A DNA stretch of 64,000 bases from Acidimicrobiia bacterium (GTDB lineage: Bacteria; Actinomycetota; Acidimicrobiia; Acidimicrobiales; JANYDT01): NCBI GenBank assembly GCA_031385545.1, contig JANNBN010000129.1:33062-97061 (forward strand). The letters run 5' to 3'. The position numbers and the translations under genes were made by a program. Of this stretch, positions 23,831-32,311 are shown one piece after another. Position 1 is the first letter of the stretch; every line of letters starts with the position of its first letter. The notes under the pieces are model-generated. The model saw nothing but the letters and a program-made list of their open reading frames with translations, did no database searches and was not told the origin of the DNA.

Positions 23831-26800
23831 ATGCGTTTCGAAACTCGACGGTTCATCGCGAGGGGCCTCTCGGTTGCCCTCGTCGGGCTGGCCGCCGTGC
23901 CGCTGTACGCCAGGGCGGTTCATGCCCAAACGGGGCCGCTTTCGGGTTTCGTGTTCGGCGATTCCAACCAGAACGGAACGAAGGACGCGGGCGAATCGTT
24001 CCTCCAGGGTGTCGTGGTGACAGCGACCGGTTCCGACGCATCGGTTTCCGCTGCAACGACCGATGTGAACGGTGCGTACCAGTTCACCGGTCTCGCCGCT
24101 TCGTCCTTCCGGATCGCTTTCTCCACCCCTGCCGGTTTGGAGCCAGCCCCACTGGGCCCCGACAACGGTTCATCGGTGCAGTTCGTTGCAGCTGGCGGCA
24201 CTGCGAATACAGCGTTCTCTGACCCGTCGGAGTATTGCCAGAGCAATCCAATCCTGGCCATCGTCTGCTTCTCACAAACCGGCTCGTCGGGCGCAGCGAC
24301 CCAGGCAGCGTTGAAGACCATCGCCTACAACAGCACTGGCATTCCGGCACCTGGGCTTGCGACTCGTCTGACGATGGCCGATGTCGGTTCCACTTTTGGC
24401 CTGGCGTATCACCGGCAGTCGGGCAAGATCTTCCAGGGAGCGTTCATGAAGCGAGGTGTCGCGCTCGGCACCGGTGGTCTCGGCGCGATCTACGCAACCC
24501 CGGCAGCCTCCGGGGCGCCGACGGTGCTTGCCACGATTCCGAATGCGGGCACGGATCCACGGACGAACACCGCCGCACCTAATTATTGGCAGCACGACTC
24601 CGACTCCTTCGCCTCGATCCACAAGCTCGGACTCGGTGACGTCGATCTGTCCAGTGATCAGTCCACCCTGTACGTGGCCAACCTCGCTGACAATGGCGTC
24701 TACAGCGTTGCGATCAACGCGGACGGAACGTCCGGCGGGATCAGCGGTCCGTTGAGCGTCCCCAACCCGACGGCCTGCGCAGCTGGGCAGTTCCACGTGT
24801 TCGGCCTTGGTGTCACCGGTTTACGTGGCCTGGTCGGCGGCGTCTGTACCGGCCCAACCACCGCAGACCTGAAGGGCTACGTCTTCGAGTTCGCTGCGGT
24901 GGGTACTGCTGCGTCCCTGTCCGGTCCCATCCTCACATTCCCCATGAATTATCCGAAAGGTAACGTGCTCGAGTGGTGTGGAACGAGGCCGCCTGGCGAC
25001 GGCGATTACTTGCCCTGGGACACAATCACCTCTGACCTCGACCCCGATGTGCGCCGGTGCTCATCGCAGACGTACAGCCTTGTGGCACCACAAGCATCCA
25101 TGACCGACTTGCAGGTGACAGACGCGGGCGACCTCGTTCTCGGCTTCCGGGATCGCTTCGGCGACCAGACCGGATACGGCTTACGGTCCATGAACCTTCT
25201 CGACGTCGGCCTGTACGAAGGCATGTCCGGGGGTGACGTTCTGTTGGCCTGCAGGTCAGGTTCGACTTGGCTGCTCGAATCCAACGGCGTATGCGGTGGA
25301 CGTACCGGAGCTGGACCTGGGAACGCCGAAGGCCCCGGAGGAGGCGAGTTCTTCAGCGGTGAGCAGTTCACCGGGACACACGACGAAACGGCGCTCGGAT
25401 CTCTGGTCCGGGTCCCCGGGAAGGGCGAGGTTGTTGCCTCGGTTTACGACGTTTCGACAACCTACCAACAAGGGACCATTCGCCTTGCGGACAGCAACGG
25501 GGCTGTGTCCGGACTGACCGAGATCGCGCCCGACGCAGGTAGTGGCAACGGACCATTCGGAAAATCCAACGGGCTCGGCGACATGGAGGCCTTGTGTGAT
25601 CAGGCGCCGGTTGAAATCGGCAATCGTGTCTGGCTGGACGCGAACCGAGACGGGCAGCAGAATCCCGCTGAGGTCGGCATCGACGGCGTTGCTGTTGAAC
25701 TCTGGAAGGCAGGCGTGAAGGTCGGCGATGCGACAACCGGCGGCGGCGTCTATCGGTTCAACGCGACCAATGTCTCCGGCGGAGTTCTGCCGAACATGGA
25801 CTACGAAGTCCGGATTCCCAACGCCTCGGGTGCTGGGTTGCAGGCACCCCTTGCCAATCTGACGCTCACAGGACCGAACGCCGGCGCCGATACGTCTGAC
25901 TCGGACGCAACGGCCAGCGCGACGAACGCTGTGATTCCGGTAGCTGCGTCGTCCATCGCCCGCTCCGGCCAGAACAACCACACCTTTGACGTTGGCTTTG
26001 CGCCTGTCTTCGCGCTTGGGAACAGGGTCTTCCTGGACGATGGTGCTGGCGGCGGCATCGCCGGCGACGGAAAGCAGAACGGTGGAGAAGTCGGGATTGC
26101 CAACGTCACGCTGAAGCTATGTGGTGCGGACGGTGCTGGCAGTCCAACAGGTGCCGCGCTTGGCACCACGACGACCGACAGTTTCGGCTACTACCGGTTC
26201 GACGGCTTGGTGGCCGGGACGTACGTGGTGGTCGTCGATGTGGCTGGTTCGGCAGGTCTCGGCAACTTGCTATCGAGCGTCGGCTCTTCTGACCCCGAGT
26301 CCGGTGTCGACCGAGATGACAGCGGGAAAGATGCACTACTGCCTGCGGGTTCATCCTGTTCTGGTGGCATCGCTAGCGCGCCGGTCATCCTCGGCCCAAC
26401 AGCAGCCGAACCGACCGGCGAGACGGACAAGTCGGCGGTCCCTGATGTCCAGACGGATCCGTACAGCAACCTGACTGTCGATTTCGGCTTCGTGACCAGG
26501 CTGACTCCAACGCCGACCACGCCAGGGGCAACGACGATCAACCTGACCCCGAACCCGAACCCGGTTGCAGCGGCACCGGCTGCACCGACGACGGTTGCGC
26601 CAACGGCCGTTGCGCCGTCGACTGCTGCACCGACCACGGTTGTGTCGACCACGGTGGCACCGGTCGCCCCGACGACTACCCCACCGCCGGCGACGGTTGT
26701 CACCGTTGACCCGGCTCCTCCTGTCGTCGACATTGAAGCGGACATCGCATTGACAGGAGCAAATGATGACCAACTCGTCATGCTGTCGTTCTTCCTGATG

Positions 26801-26878
26801 TTGCTGGGTGCTGCGCTTTGGTTCATCGGTGGCCGGTCCGGCGGGTCGCGGGTCGCCACATCAACTCGGAAGCGCTGA
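23831..26878 (+). CDS. Large secreted, probably cell-wall-anchored surface protein with SdrD-B/Cna-B-like repeats
   Basis: RBS AGGAGC before ATG 23831. Signal peptide MRFETRRFIARGLSVALVGLAAVPLYARAVHAQ. At least three SdrD-B-like modules (GFVFGDSNQNGTKDAGE...; IGNRVWLDANRDGQQNPAE...; LGNRVFLDDGAGGG...YYRFDGLVAGTYVV). Pro/Thr/Ala/Val linker. C-terminal IALTG + TM + RSGGSRVATSTRKR sorting-signal architecture. Confidence 0.8.
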   Translation: MRFETRRFIARGLSVALVGLAAVPLYARAVHAQTGPLSGFVFGDSNQNGTKDAGESFLQGVVVTATGSDASVSAATTDVNGAYQFTGLAASSFRIAFSTPAGLEPAPLGPDNGSSVQFVAAGGTANTAFSDPSEYCQSNPILAIVCFSQTGSSGAATQAALKTIAYNSTGIPAPGLATRLTMADVGSTFGLAYHRQSGKIFQGAFMKRGVALGTGGLGAIYATPAASGAPTVLATIPNAGTDPRTNTAAPNYWQHDSDSFASIHKLGLGDVDLSSDQSTLYVANLADNGVYSVAINADGTSGGISGPLSVPNPTACAAGQFHVFGLGVTGLRGLVGGVCTGPTTADLKGYVFEFAAVGTAASLSGPILTFPMNYPKGNVLEWCGTRPPGDGDYLPWDTITSDLDPDVRRCSSQTYSLVAPQASMTDLQVTDAGDLVLGFRDRFGDQTGYGLRSMNLLDVGLYEGMSGGDVLLACRSGSTWLLESNGVCGGRTGAGPGNAEGPGGGEFFSGEQFTGTHDETALGSLVRVPGKGEVVASVYDVSTTYQQGTIRLADSNGAVSGLTEIAPDAGSGNGPFGKSNGLGDMEALCDQAPVEIGNRVWLDANRDGQQNPAEVGIDGVAVELWKAGVKVGDATTGGGVYRFNATNVSGGVLPNMDYEVRIPNASGAGLQAPLANLTLTGPNAGADTSDSDATASATNAVIPVAASSIARSGQNNHTFDVGFAPVFALGNRVFLDDGAGGGIAGDGKQNGGEVGIANVTLKLCGADGAGSPTGAALGTTTTDSFGYYRFDGLVAGTYVVVVDVAGSAGLGNLLSSVGSSDPESGVDRDDSGKDALLPAGSSCSGGIASAPVILGPTAAEPTGETDKSAVPDVQTDPYSNLTVDFGFVTRLTPTPTTPGATTINLTPNPNPVAAAPAAPTTVAPTAVAPSTAAPTTVVSTTVAPVAPTTTPPPATVVTVDPAPPVVDIEADIALTGANDDQLVMLSFFLMLLGAALWFIGGRSGGSRVATSTRKR

Positions 26879-26911
26879 TTCGCGCCCATTCATCGTTGCG
26901 GTCTGCTGGGA

Positions 26912-26945
26912 GCTGCCCCCCGCCGACAGCGGGGCAGTTCCGCGT
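26912..26945 (+). terminator. Hairpin downstream of the surface-protein gene
   Basis: Stem GCTGCCCC / GGGGCAG(T) with an 11-nt loop, followed by TTCCGCGTTTGC. Confidence 0.45.
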
Positions 26946-27098
26946 TTGCACATCAGAATTCGGCGAGCACACCAATCACCGAGGTGTGACATCGGCGACA
27001 CCCGGTTAACGGTCGGGGTAGGGTGTGTCCAGTCCGCTGCACCAAGGGTGACGGCGTCGGACGATGAGTCAGTCACCCGAACAGAGGTAGTTATTCCC

Positions 27099-28295
27099 AT
27101 GGCTTCGGTCGAACTGCAACACATCGACAAGACCTACGACAACGGCTTCCAGGCCGTCAAGGATCTCAACCTGAAGGTGGAGGACGGCGAATTTCTCGTC
27201 CTGGTGGGTCCGTCCGGTTGTGGCAAGACCACAGCGCTCCGTATGGTCGCCGGTCTGGAAGACATCACAGGTGGCGAACTGCGTATCGGTGACCGGCGCG
27301 TGAACGAAGTTCCACCGAAAGATCGCGACATCGCCATGGTGTTCCAGTCATATGCGCTGTATCCGCACATGACTGTGGCGGAGAACATCGGCTTCGGCCT
27401 CAAGCTTCGCAAGATGGACAAGGACCAGATCACGAAGCGGGTCAACGAAGCCGCCAACATGCTTGGCCTCGACGAGCTTCTCGACCGCCGTCCCAAGCAG
27501 CTGTCCGGTGGTCAACGCCAGCGAGTCGCCATGGGCCGTGCCATCGTCCGCGAGCCACAGGTGTTCCTCATGGACGAACCGTTGTCCAACCTCGATGCAA
27601 AGATGCGCGTTCAGACCCGCGCCGAGATCTCTCGCATCCAGCAGCGCCTGGGTGTCACAACGATCTACGTCACCCACGACCAGGTCGAAGCCATGACCAT
27701 GGGATCGCGCGTGGCCGTGATGAAGAAGGGCTTGCTGCAGCAGGTTGATACGCCACAATTCATCTACGACAACCCTGCCAACCTGTTCGTCGCCGGGTTC
27801 ATCGGTTCACCTCCGATGAACCTGTGCGAAGGCGTCATCGTGCCGACCGACCACGGCGAGGTCGATGTTGTCATCGGTGAGAACCGGTTGCGCGTGCCGT
27901 CGTCCGCAGTCTCCGAACGCGGTATTCCGGTCCCAGATGGTTCAGGCCGCAAGGTCGTGGTCGGCATCCGCCCCGAGGACATGCAAGATGGTGCGCTGAC
28001 CGACGTCGACCCGCTGCGCCGACTGCATGCCACCGTCGACATCACCGAAGCACTTGGTTCCGAGGTCATGGCGTACTTCGGTGTCGATGCGCAGCAGGTG
28101 TTCAGCGACGGCGCAAAACGTGACGACGAAGAAAATCTGAAATCGATCGGCGCTTTGGCCGGGTCGACGTTCGTTGCCAGCTTCAGTGCACGGAGCCGGG
28201 TTCGTCCAGGGGACAAGATCGAGGTCGCCGTCGATACGACACGATTGCATTTCTTCGACCCAGAGACCGGCGCTCGGCTCGGTAATTCACGCTGA
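27099..28295 (+). CDS. Sugar ABC transporter ATP-binding protein (MalK/UgpC/MsiK type), no cognate permease adjacent
   Basis: Walker A GPSGCGKTT, LSGGQRQRVAMGRAIV, FLMDEPLSNLDA, YVTHDQ, plus a C-terminal TOBE-like regulatory domain. Start ATG 27099 (MASVELQHIDKTY); the upstream ORF extension was rejected. Confidence 0.9.
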   Translation: MASVELQHIDKTYDNGFQAVKDLNLKVEDGEFLVLVGPSGCGKTTALRMVAGLEDITGGELRIGDRRVNEVPPKDRDIAMVFQSYALYPHMTVAENIGFGLKLRKMDKDQITKRVNEAANMLGLDELLDRRPKQLSGGQRQRVAMGRAIVREPQVFLMDEPLSNLDAKMRVQTRAEISRIQQRLGVTTIYVTHDQVEAMTMGSRVAVMKKGLLQQVDTPQFIYDNPANLFVAGFIGSPPMNLCEGVIVPTDHGEVDVVIGENRLRVPSSAVSERGIPVPDGSGRKVVVGIRPEDMQDGALTDVDPLRRLHATVDITEALGSEVMAYFGVDAQQVFSDGAKRDDEENLKSIGALAGSTFVASFSARSRVRPGDKIEVAVDTTRLHFFDPETGARLGNSR

Positions 28296-28445
28296 CCTCC
28301 TCGGGGATCTGCGCCGACAGGCGGGGTTCCCCGACGACAGGTGCTCCGGGCTGGCGTCGGCGATGGCCCCGCACCGCGCCGAATCATCGATTGGGGTGCC
28401 GCATTTCGTTGAATCGGGCATCCTGGCGGGCGTAGGGTCTGTCCG

Positions 28446-30989
28446 ATGACTTCGGCGAGCCGAATCCTGACATTCGGAAGGGTTTCGGTGGAGAGCGCCG
28501 AAGGTCCTGCGCCGATGTCCGGACGCCTCGGTGATCTGCTCCTGCTGCTCCTCGAGACATCCGAGGGTTGGGTCTCGCGCGACTCACTGATCGACCGCCT
28601 GTGGGCCGATCGCGACCAGCCACCTCCGTCGGCCCGAAGCGCGTTGCGGACCTACATCGCCAAGCTCAGAGACAGCCTCGGCGAATCCGCCGTTCTCACC
28701 CGCGCGTCGCCGTGCGCCTATCGGCTCGATCGAACCGTGGTGCGGTCCGACCTTGACGAAGTTCGGGACGCGCTCCGCATCGCCCGTCTCCGCCTGTCCA
28801 CCGACCCCGCCGGAGCGTTGCGGGTGCTCGGCGATGCGCGTTGCCTGATTGTGGGCGACCCGCTGGGCGGGATCGACAACCCGTGGCTCAATGCGACGCG
28901 TATGTCGACCGAGGAGCTGATGGACGATCTCGACGACGAGTTCTGCACCGCTCTCCTAAAAAGCGGGCTCGCCGTGGAGCACCTCGACGAGATCGCGCGT
29001 CTTGCCGAACGCCGACCACTACGTGAACGTCGGATCGAGATGCTCATCCGTGCGCTTCGCCAGGCAGGCCGTCGCCGCGAAGCACTGCGTGTCGCTGCGG
29101 CCCATCATCAGCGAATGGTTGACCACACGGGTCTCAGCGCCTGCGCCGAGATCCGCCTTCTGGAGCAGGAACTGCTGGTCGAAGACGACCGCGAGCCTCG
29201 TGTTGCACACCGGGCGGACAGCGATGATCTGGTTGCCGCCATTGCGGCAGAACCGTTCGTCGACAGCCCCGCTCCGCTTGCACGTGTACTGGGCATCACG
29301 CAGACGGAGCTGGCAGAACTCGTCGAGGTGACTCGTTCGAAGCACATGCTCGATGGAGAGTACGGGCGATTTGTCCCGTTGGTCGCCGATCCGTTGCCCG
29401 ATGCCTTGGCGACGCGCTGGCACGAACGATGGTCGATGATCGATGAACTCCCCATATGGCGGATTCTCGATCATCGGGTCGCGGTCGGGCTGATCACGAA
29501 TCAACACGTCAACGACGTGATTGAGGCGGCGCGTCTGGCTTGCGACGAAGGCGAAGCGTACGCAGCATCTGTTCTTCTTGACCGGTTTCAACAGGCAGAC
29601 CGGAGCGAGGACCGGTTCGGGCGCGGGGTGGATCGGCGGTCAACGGTTGATCTCCTCCTCACCCAGGCAAGGGTTCTGGATCAGCTTGGATTGTCCGATG
29701 AGGCCGTCGACAAGCGAGCACAGGCTGTAGACATTGCGCTCACTGAGGACTGGGTAGACCTTGCGGCCAGCGTCGCAGTGGCTGACTCGGCCACCGGCCG
29801 GTCCTACGTCGAGAATGAGGACGTCACCCAACTCATCCGCCGAACCATGAGTCGGCTCGACGGCACACAACGAAGTGCACATACGGTTCGCCTGCTCTCC
29901 GAGCTGCTGTGCCGAACAGTCCTTGATGCAGGTCTCACCCCAGAACTTGAGCCCATCCACGACCGTCTCGTTGCCATGCGGCCCACGCTCTCAAGTCCTG
30001 TGGATCAGGCCCATGCGTACCGTGCGCGGCTGTACGTTGCAGTGTCTCGTGGTGAAGTGGTCGACCAGGCAGCGCTCGAGGAGATGCTCATTCTCTGCCG
30101 CAACCTTGAGCTTCATGATCATGTCTGCGATCTGCTCACGGTGATGGCACGCACTGCCCTCGAACGCGGCGACGGGCAGGCGTGGAGGCACGCAGTCGAT
30201 TCCTTGTCCGACCTCGCCGCCACGACACGAAGACCTGTCGATATCTGGGTCAGGGTCGCGCTCCGGGCAACCGACCTGCAAGTTCGCGGGCAGCATCAAG
30301 CAGCGGCGTCGCAGGCCGATGATGCTCAACTTCTCGGCGCGCGGTGGTCTATCGCCGATGCAGCCATCGCCAACGAGTGCTTCGATGTCGCAGCGGTGTG
30401 GCAACGCTCCCAGTTCCGTTCCGAAGATCTCGAGCGAAGTTCCAGCCAGTCGGTGGTGGCATTCGCCAGACAGATCTTGGCTCGTTCCTACCGTTGCGAC
30501 CTTCCCGCCGACGATCCGCTGCTCGACGTGCTTGTCCGTTCTTGCGTCAAGGCTTCGGAACCGTCGGACCGCGCGCTCGAGTCGCTTCCGGCCCTGCTGA
30601 TCGCTGCGCAGAGCGCGTGGAACGCGGGATACCAGCAGAACTGGGATCGGGTGCAGGCAGCGCTTGATTCCTGGCCGATTTCCGGCAGCGCGCTCGGCAT
30701 GATTCCAATCGCGACGTTTGGCCCGGTCGGCCGATTCCGGGCGTTGGCCGCGATCAAGGTCGGTCAACTCGATCTGGCCAGGGAACACTTCGCCGACGCG
30801 CTGAGCTGGTGCGACGGCATGCGGGCCAACGGCTGGGCAGCAATCACTCTTGAGGATCAGGCGCATCTTGAGGATCTCGCCGGCACAGGGAGAGCGCCGG
30901 CGGTGCGCGCTGAGGCTGCGTACTTGCGCCGATCTCGACGGCTGCGCCAGGGTCGGCCCAGCGGGTGGTTGTCCACCACCCACGGCTGA
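28446..30989 (+). CDS. SARP/AfsR-like transcriptional regulator (OmpR-type winged helix + BTAD) with a ~550-aa C-terminal helical region of unknown type
   Basis: N-terminus: LTFGRVSVE...WVSRDSLIDRLW...ARSALRTYIAKLRDSLG...YRL (winged helix). Then ...RERRIEMLIRALRQAGRRREALRVAAAHHQRMVDHTGLSACAEIRLLEQELL (BTAD). I could not find a Walker A (GxxxxGK[ST]) motif in the remainder. Confidence 0.7.
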   Translation: MTSASRILTFGRVSVESAEGPAPMSGRLGDLLLLLLETSEGWVSRDSLIDRLWADRDQPPPSARSALRTYIAKLRDSLGESAVLTRASPCAYRLDRTVVRSDLDEVRDALRIARLRLSTDPAGALRVLGDARCLIVGDPLGGIDNPWLNATRMSTEELMDDLDDEFCTALLKSGLAVEHLDEIARLAERRPLRERRIEMLIRALRQAGRRREALRVAAAHHQRMVDHTGLSACAEIRLLEQELLVEDDREPRVAHRADSDDLVAAIAAEPFVDSPAPLARVLGITQTELAELVEVTRSKHMLDGEYGRFVPLVADPLPDALATRWHERWSMIDELPIWRILDHRVAVGLITNQHVNDVIEAARLACDEGEAYAASVLLDRFQQADRSEDRFGRGVDRRSTVDLLLTQARVLDQLGLSDEAVDKRAQAVDIALTEDWVDLAASVAVADSATGRSYVENEDVTQLIRRTMSRLDGTQRSAHTVRLLSELLCRTVLDAGLTPELEPIHDRLVAMRPTLSSPVDQAHAYRARLYVAVSRGEVVDQAALEEMLILCRNLELHDHVCDLLTVMARTALERGDGQAWRHAVDSLSDLAATTRRPVDIWVRVALRATDLQVRGQHQAAASQADDAQLLGARWSIADAAIANECFDVAAVWQRSQFRSEDLERSSSQSVVAFARQILARSYRCDLPADDPLLDVLVRSCVKASEPSDRALESLPALLIAAQSAWNAGYQQNWDRVQAALDSWPISGSALGMIPIATFGPVGRFRALAAIKVGQLDLAREHFADALSWCDGMRANGWAAITLEDQAHLEDLAGTGRAPAVRAEAAYLRRSRRLRQGRPSGWLSTTHG

Positions 30990-31171
30990 CCCGGGTCCGT
31001 TGGCTGGCCCGGGTCGCACGCCGCCCGGGCCAGGTCCCTTGGCTGCACGCACCGAATGAATCGGCGTGCAACCCGCCGAGGGGGACGTCCCAGCAGACCG
31101 TTTGTGAGCCTGTCAGCACCGCGCAAATTTTCGGCAAATGTCGACAAATCTGCGGCTTGCTGTCGGTACGC

Positions 31172-32104
31172 TCACTTGATCCAACTGATCGAGTCGAGAT
31201 CCAGTTCGCCGACATCGAACAATGACCTTGTCGTTTCCATGTCGCGCGGCGTGACGACGAAACGGTCTCTGAGGAGGCGATCCAGCAACCCGGTGGCGAT
31301 GTTGTGCGCTGCTCGATCCACAGATCCGGGGTCGGAGTACGAGCCTGATCCACCGGGGGAGATCGATCGATGGTTGGGACCGAGTTGTCGGTCGATGAGC
31401 AGTTGCAGTTGGTCCAGCGGGTGCGGGCTGCCGTCCTCTGGTGCATGTTCGATGATGAGCTCGCAGAAACGTTGGACAGCGGGGAACCATTGGCCGAACC
31501 CACCCATGTCGTGTGGTTCCAGGTGTAGCCCGCAGTAGGGGCCAACCCGCGCTGGGCCAGCCTCAGGAATTGCGTCGAACACATACAACGGAAGGCTGAC
31601 GCACACCCCTGTGTCGGTTCGCTCAGTCTGCGACAGAGCCATCGTGAAGATCATTCCCATGCGCTGCGCGAACCGCCGCTTGCTGTCGAGCGCAAAGTTC
31701 TCGATGGCTGGCAACGATCTGACCAGCGATACCAGCATGATGTTGGCCAATCGGCCGAACGCATATGTGGGGTACAACCGCCCGTACTCCATTGCCCGCC
31801 GGACGAACAGGTCACCGTGCCCGCGAATTCGGTGGCGCCTGACAAGCACTGCTTCGGGTTTCGCTTCGTACGCCCCGAGGCGCCACTGGCTGAAACCGCG
31901 GAAGTTCTGGTCGACCAACACCGGCTGGTCTCCTGCTGTTTCGATGACCAGCGCACAGTGGTCGTAGACGCCCCTGTCGAGTTCTCTGATGGCCCGCGAC
32001 ACTGCATCGCTGCCTCTGAACAGCAACAGGTCGCCGCGCTGTATGTGTTCGGTACTGAGCAACGTCGTGACCGATTCGGTCAACAACCCTCGATCCATGT
32101 TCAT
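31172..32104 (-). CDS. Hypothetical protein, possibly a permuted papain-fold (YiiX/NlpC-P60-like) enzyme
   Basis: RBS GGAG 7 nt before ATG 32104. The GDLLLFRGSDAVSRAIRELDRGVYDHCALVIE pattern resembles the His-first half of YiiX-type permuted papain folds, with a candidate Cys later (TGVCVSLPLYVF). Codon usage looks less G/C3-biased than in the neighbouring genes. Confidence 0.4.
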   Translation of the reverse strand: MNMDRGLLTESVTTLLSTEHIQRGDLLLFRGSDAVSRAIRELDRGVYDHCALVIETAGDQPVLVDQNFRGFSQWRLGAYEAKPEAVLVRRHRIRGHGDLFVRRAMEYGRLYPTYAFGRLANIMLVSLVRSLPAIENFALDSKRRFAQRMGMIFTMALSQTERTDTGVCVSLPLYVFDAIPEAGPARVGPYCGLHLEPHDMGGFGQWFPAVQRFCELIIEHAPEDGSPHPLDQLQLLIDRQLGPNHRSISPGGSGSYSDPGSVDRAAHNIATGLLDRLLRDRFVVTPRDMETTRSLFDVGELDLDSISWIK

Positions 32105-32311
32105 GGGCAATCTCCGCTTCCCAAGGGGTGGCCCGTGCGGCCAAGTTTCCCTGTGGACACGAGGGTGCACCTACCCGGCAAATCCTGAGCACGCTGCGAA
32201 TCGATGTTCACGGACGGTGTTCAAACCAGCAGACACCGACACGATGCGTGCTGATGGGTCGGACCAGGAGACTTCGTCAGACACGCCGCGTCTGACACAG
32301 TGAGAACGACG

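Noticed and set aside
26808-27098. N-terminal 97-codon extension of the sugar-ABC ATPase ORF. Analogous long 5' extensions occur at 4265, 5343, 7959, 12602, 12985, 16330, 34921, 36634, 40877, 41491, 42179, 48541 and 56684.
   Set aside because: The extensions overlap upstream genes or consist of low-information Arg/Pro/Ser-rich sequence. Internal ATG or GTG codons with an RBS, or with 4-nt stop-start overlaps, give proteins that begin where family homology begins.
27099-28295. Orphan MalK/MsiK-like ATPase without permease genes as an anomaly
   Set aside because: A stand-alone shared sugar-ABC ATPase (MsiK) is a well-known actinobacterial arrangement, so this is ordinary.
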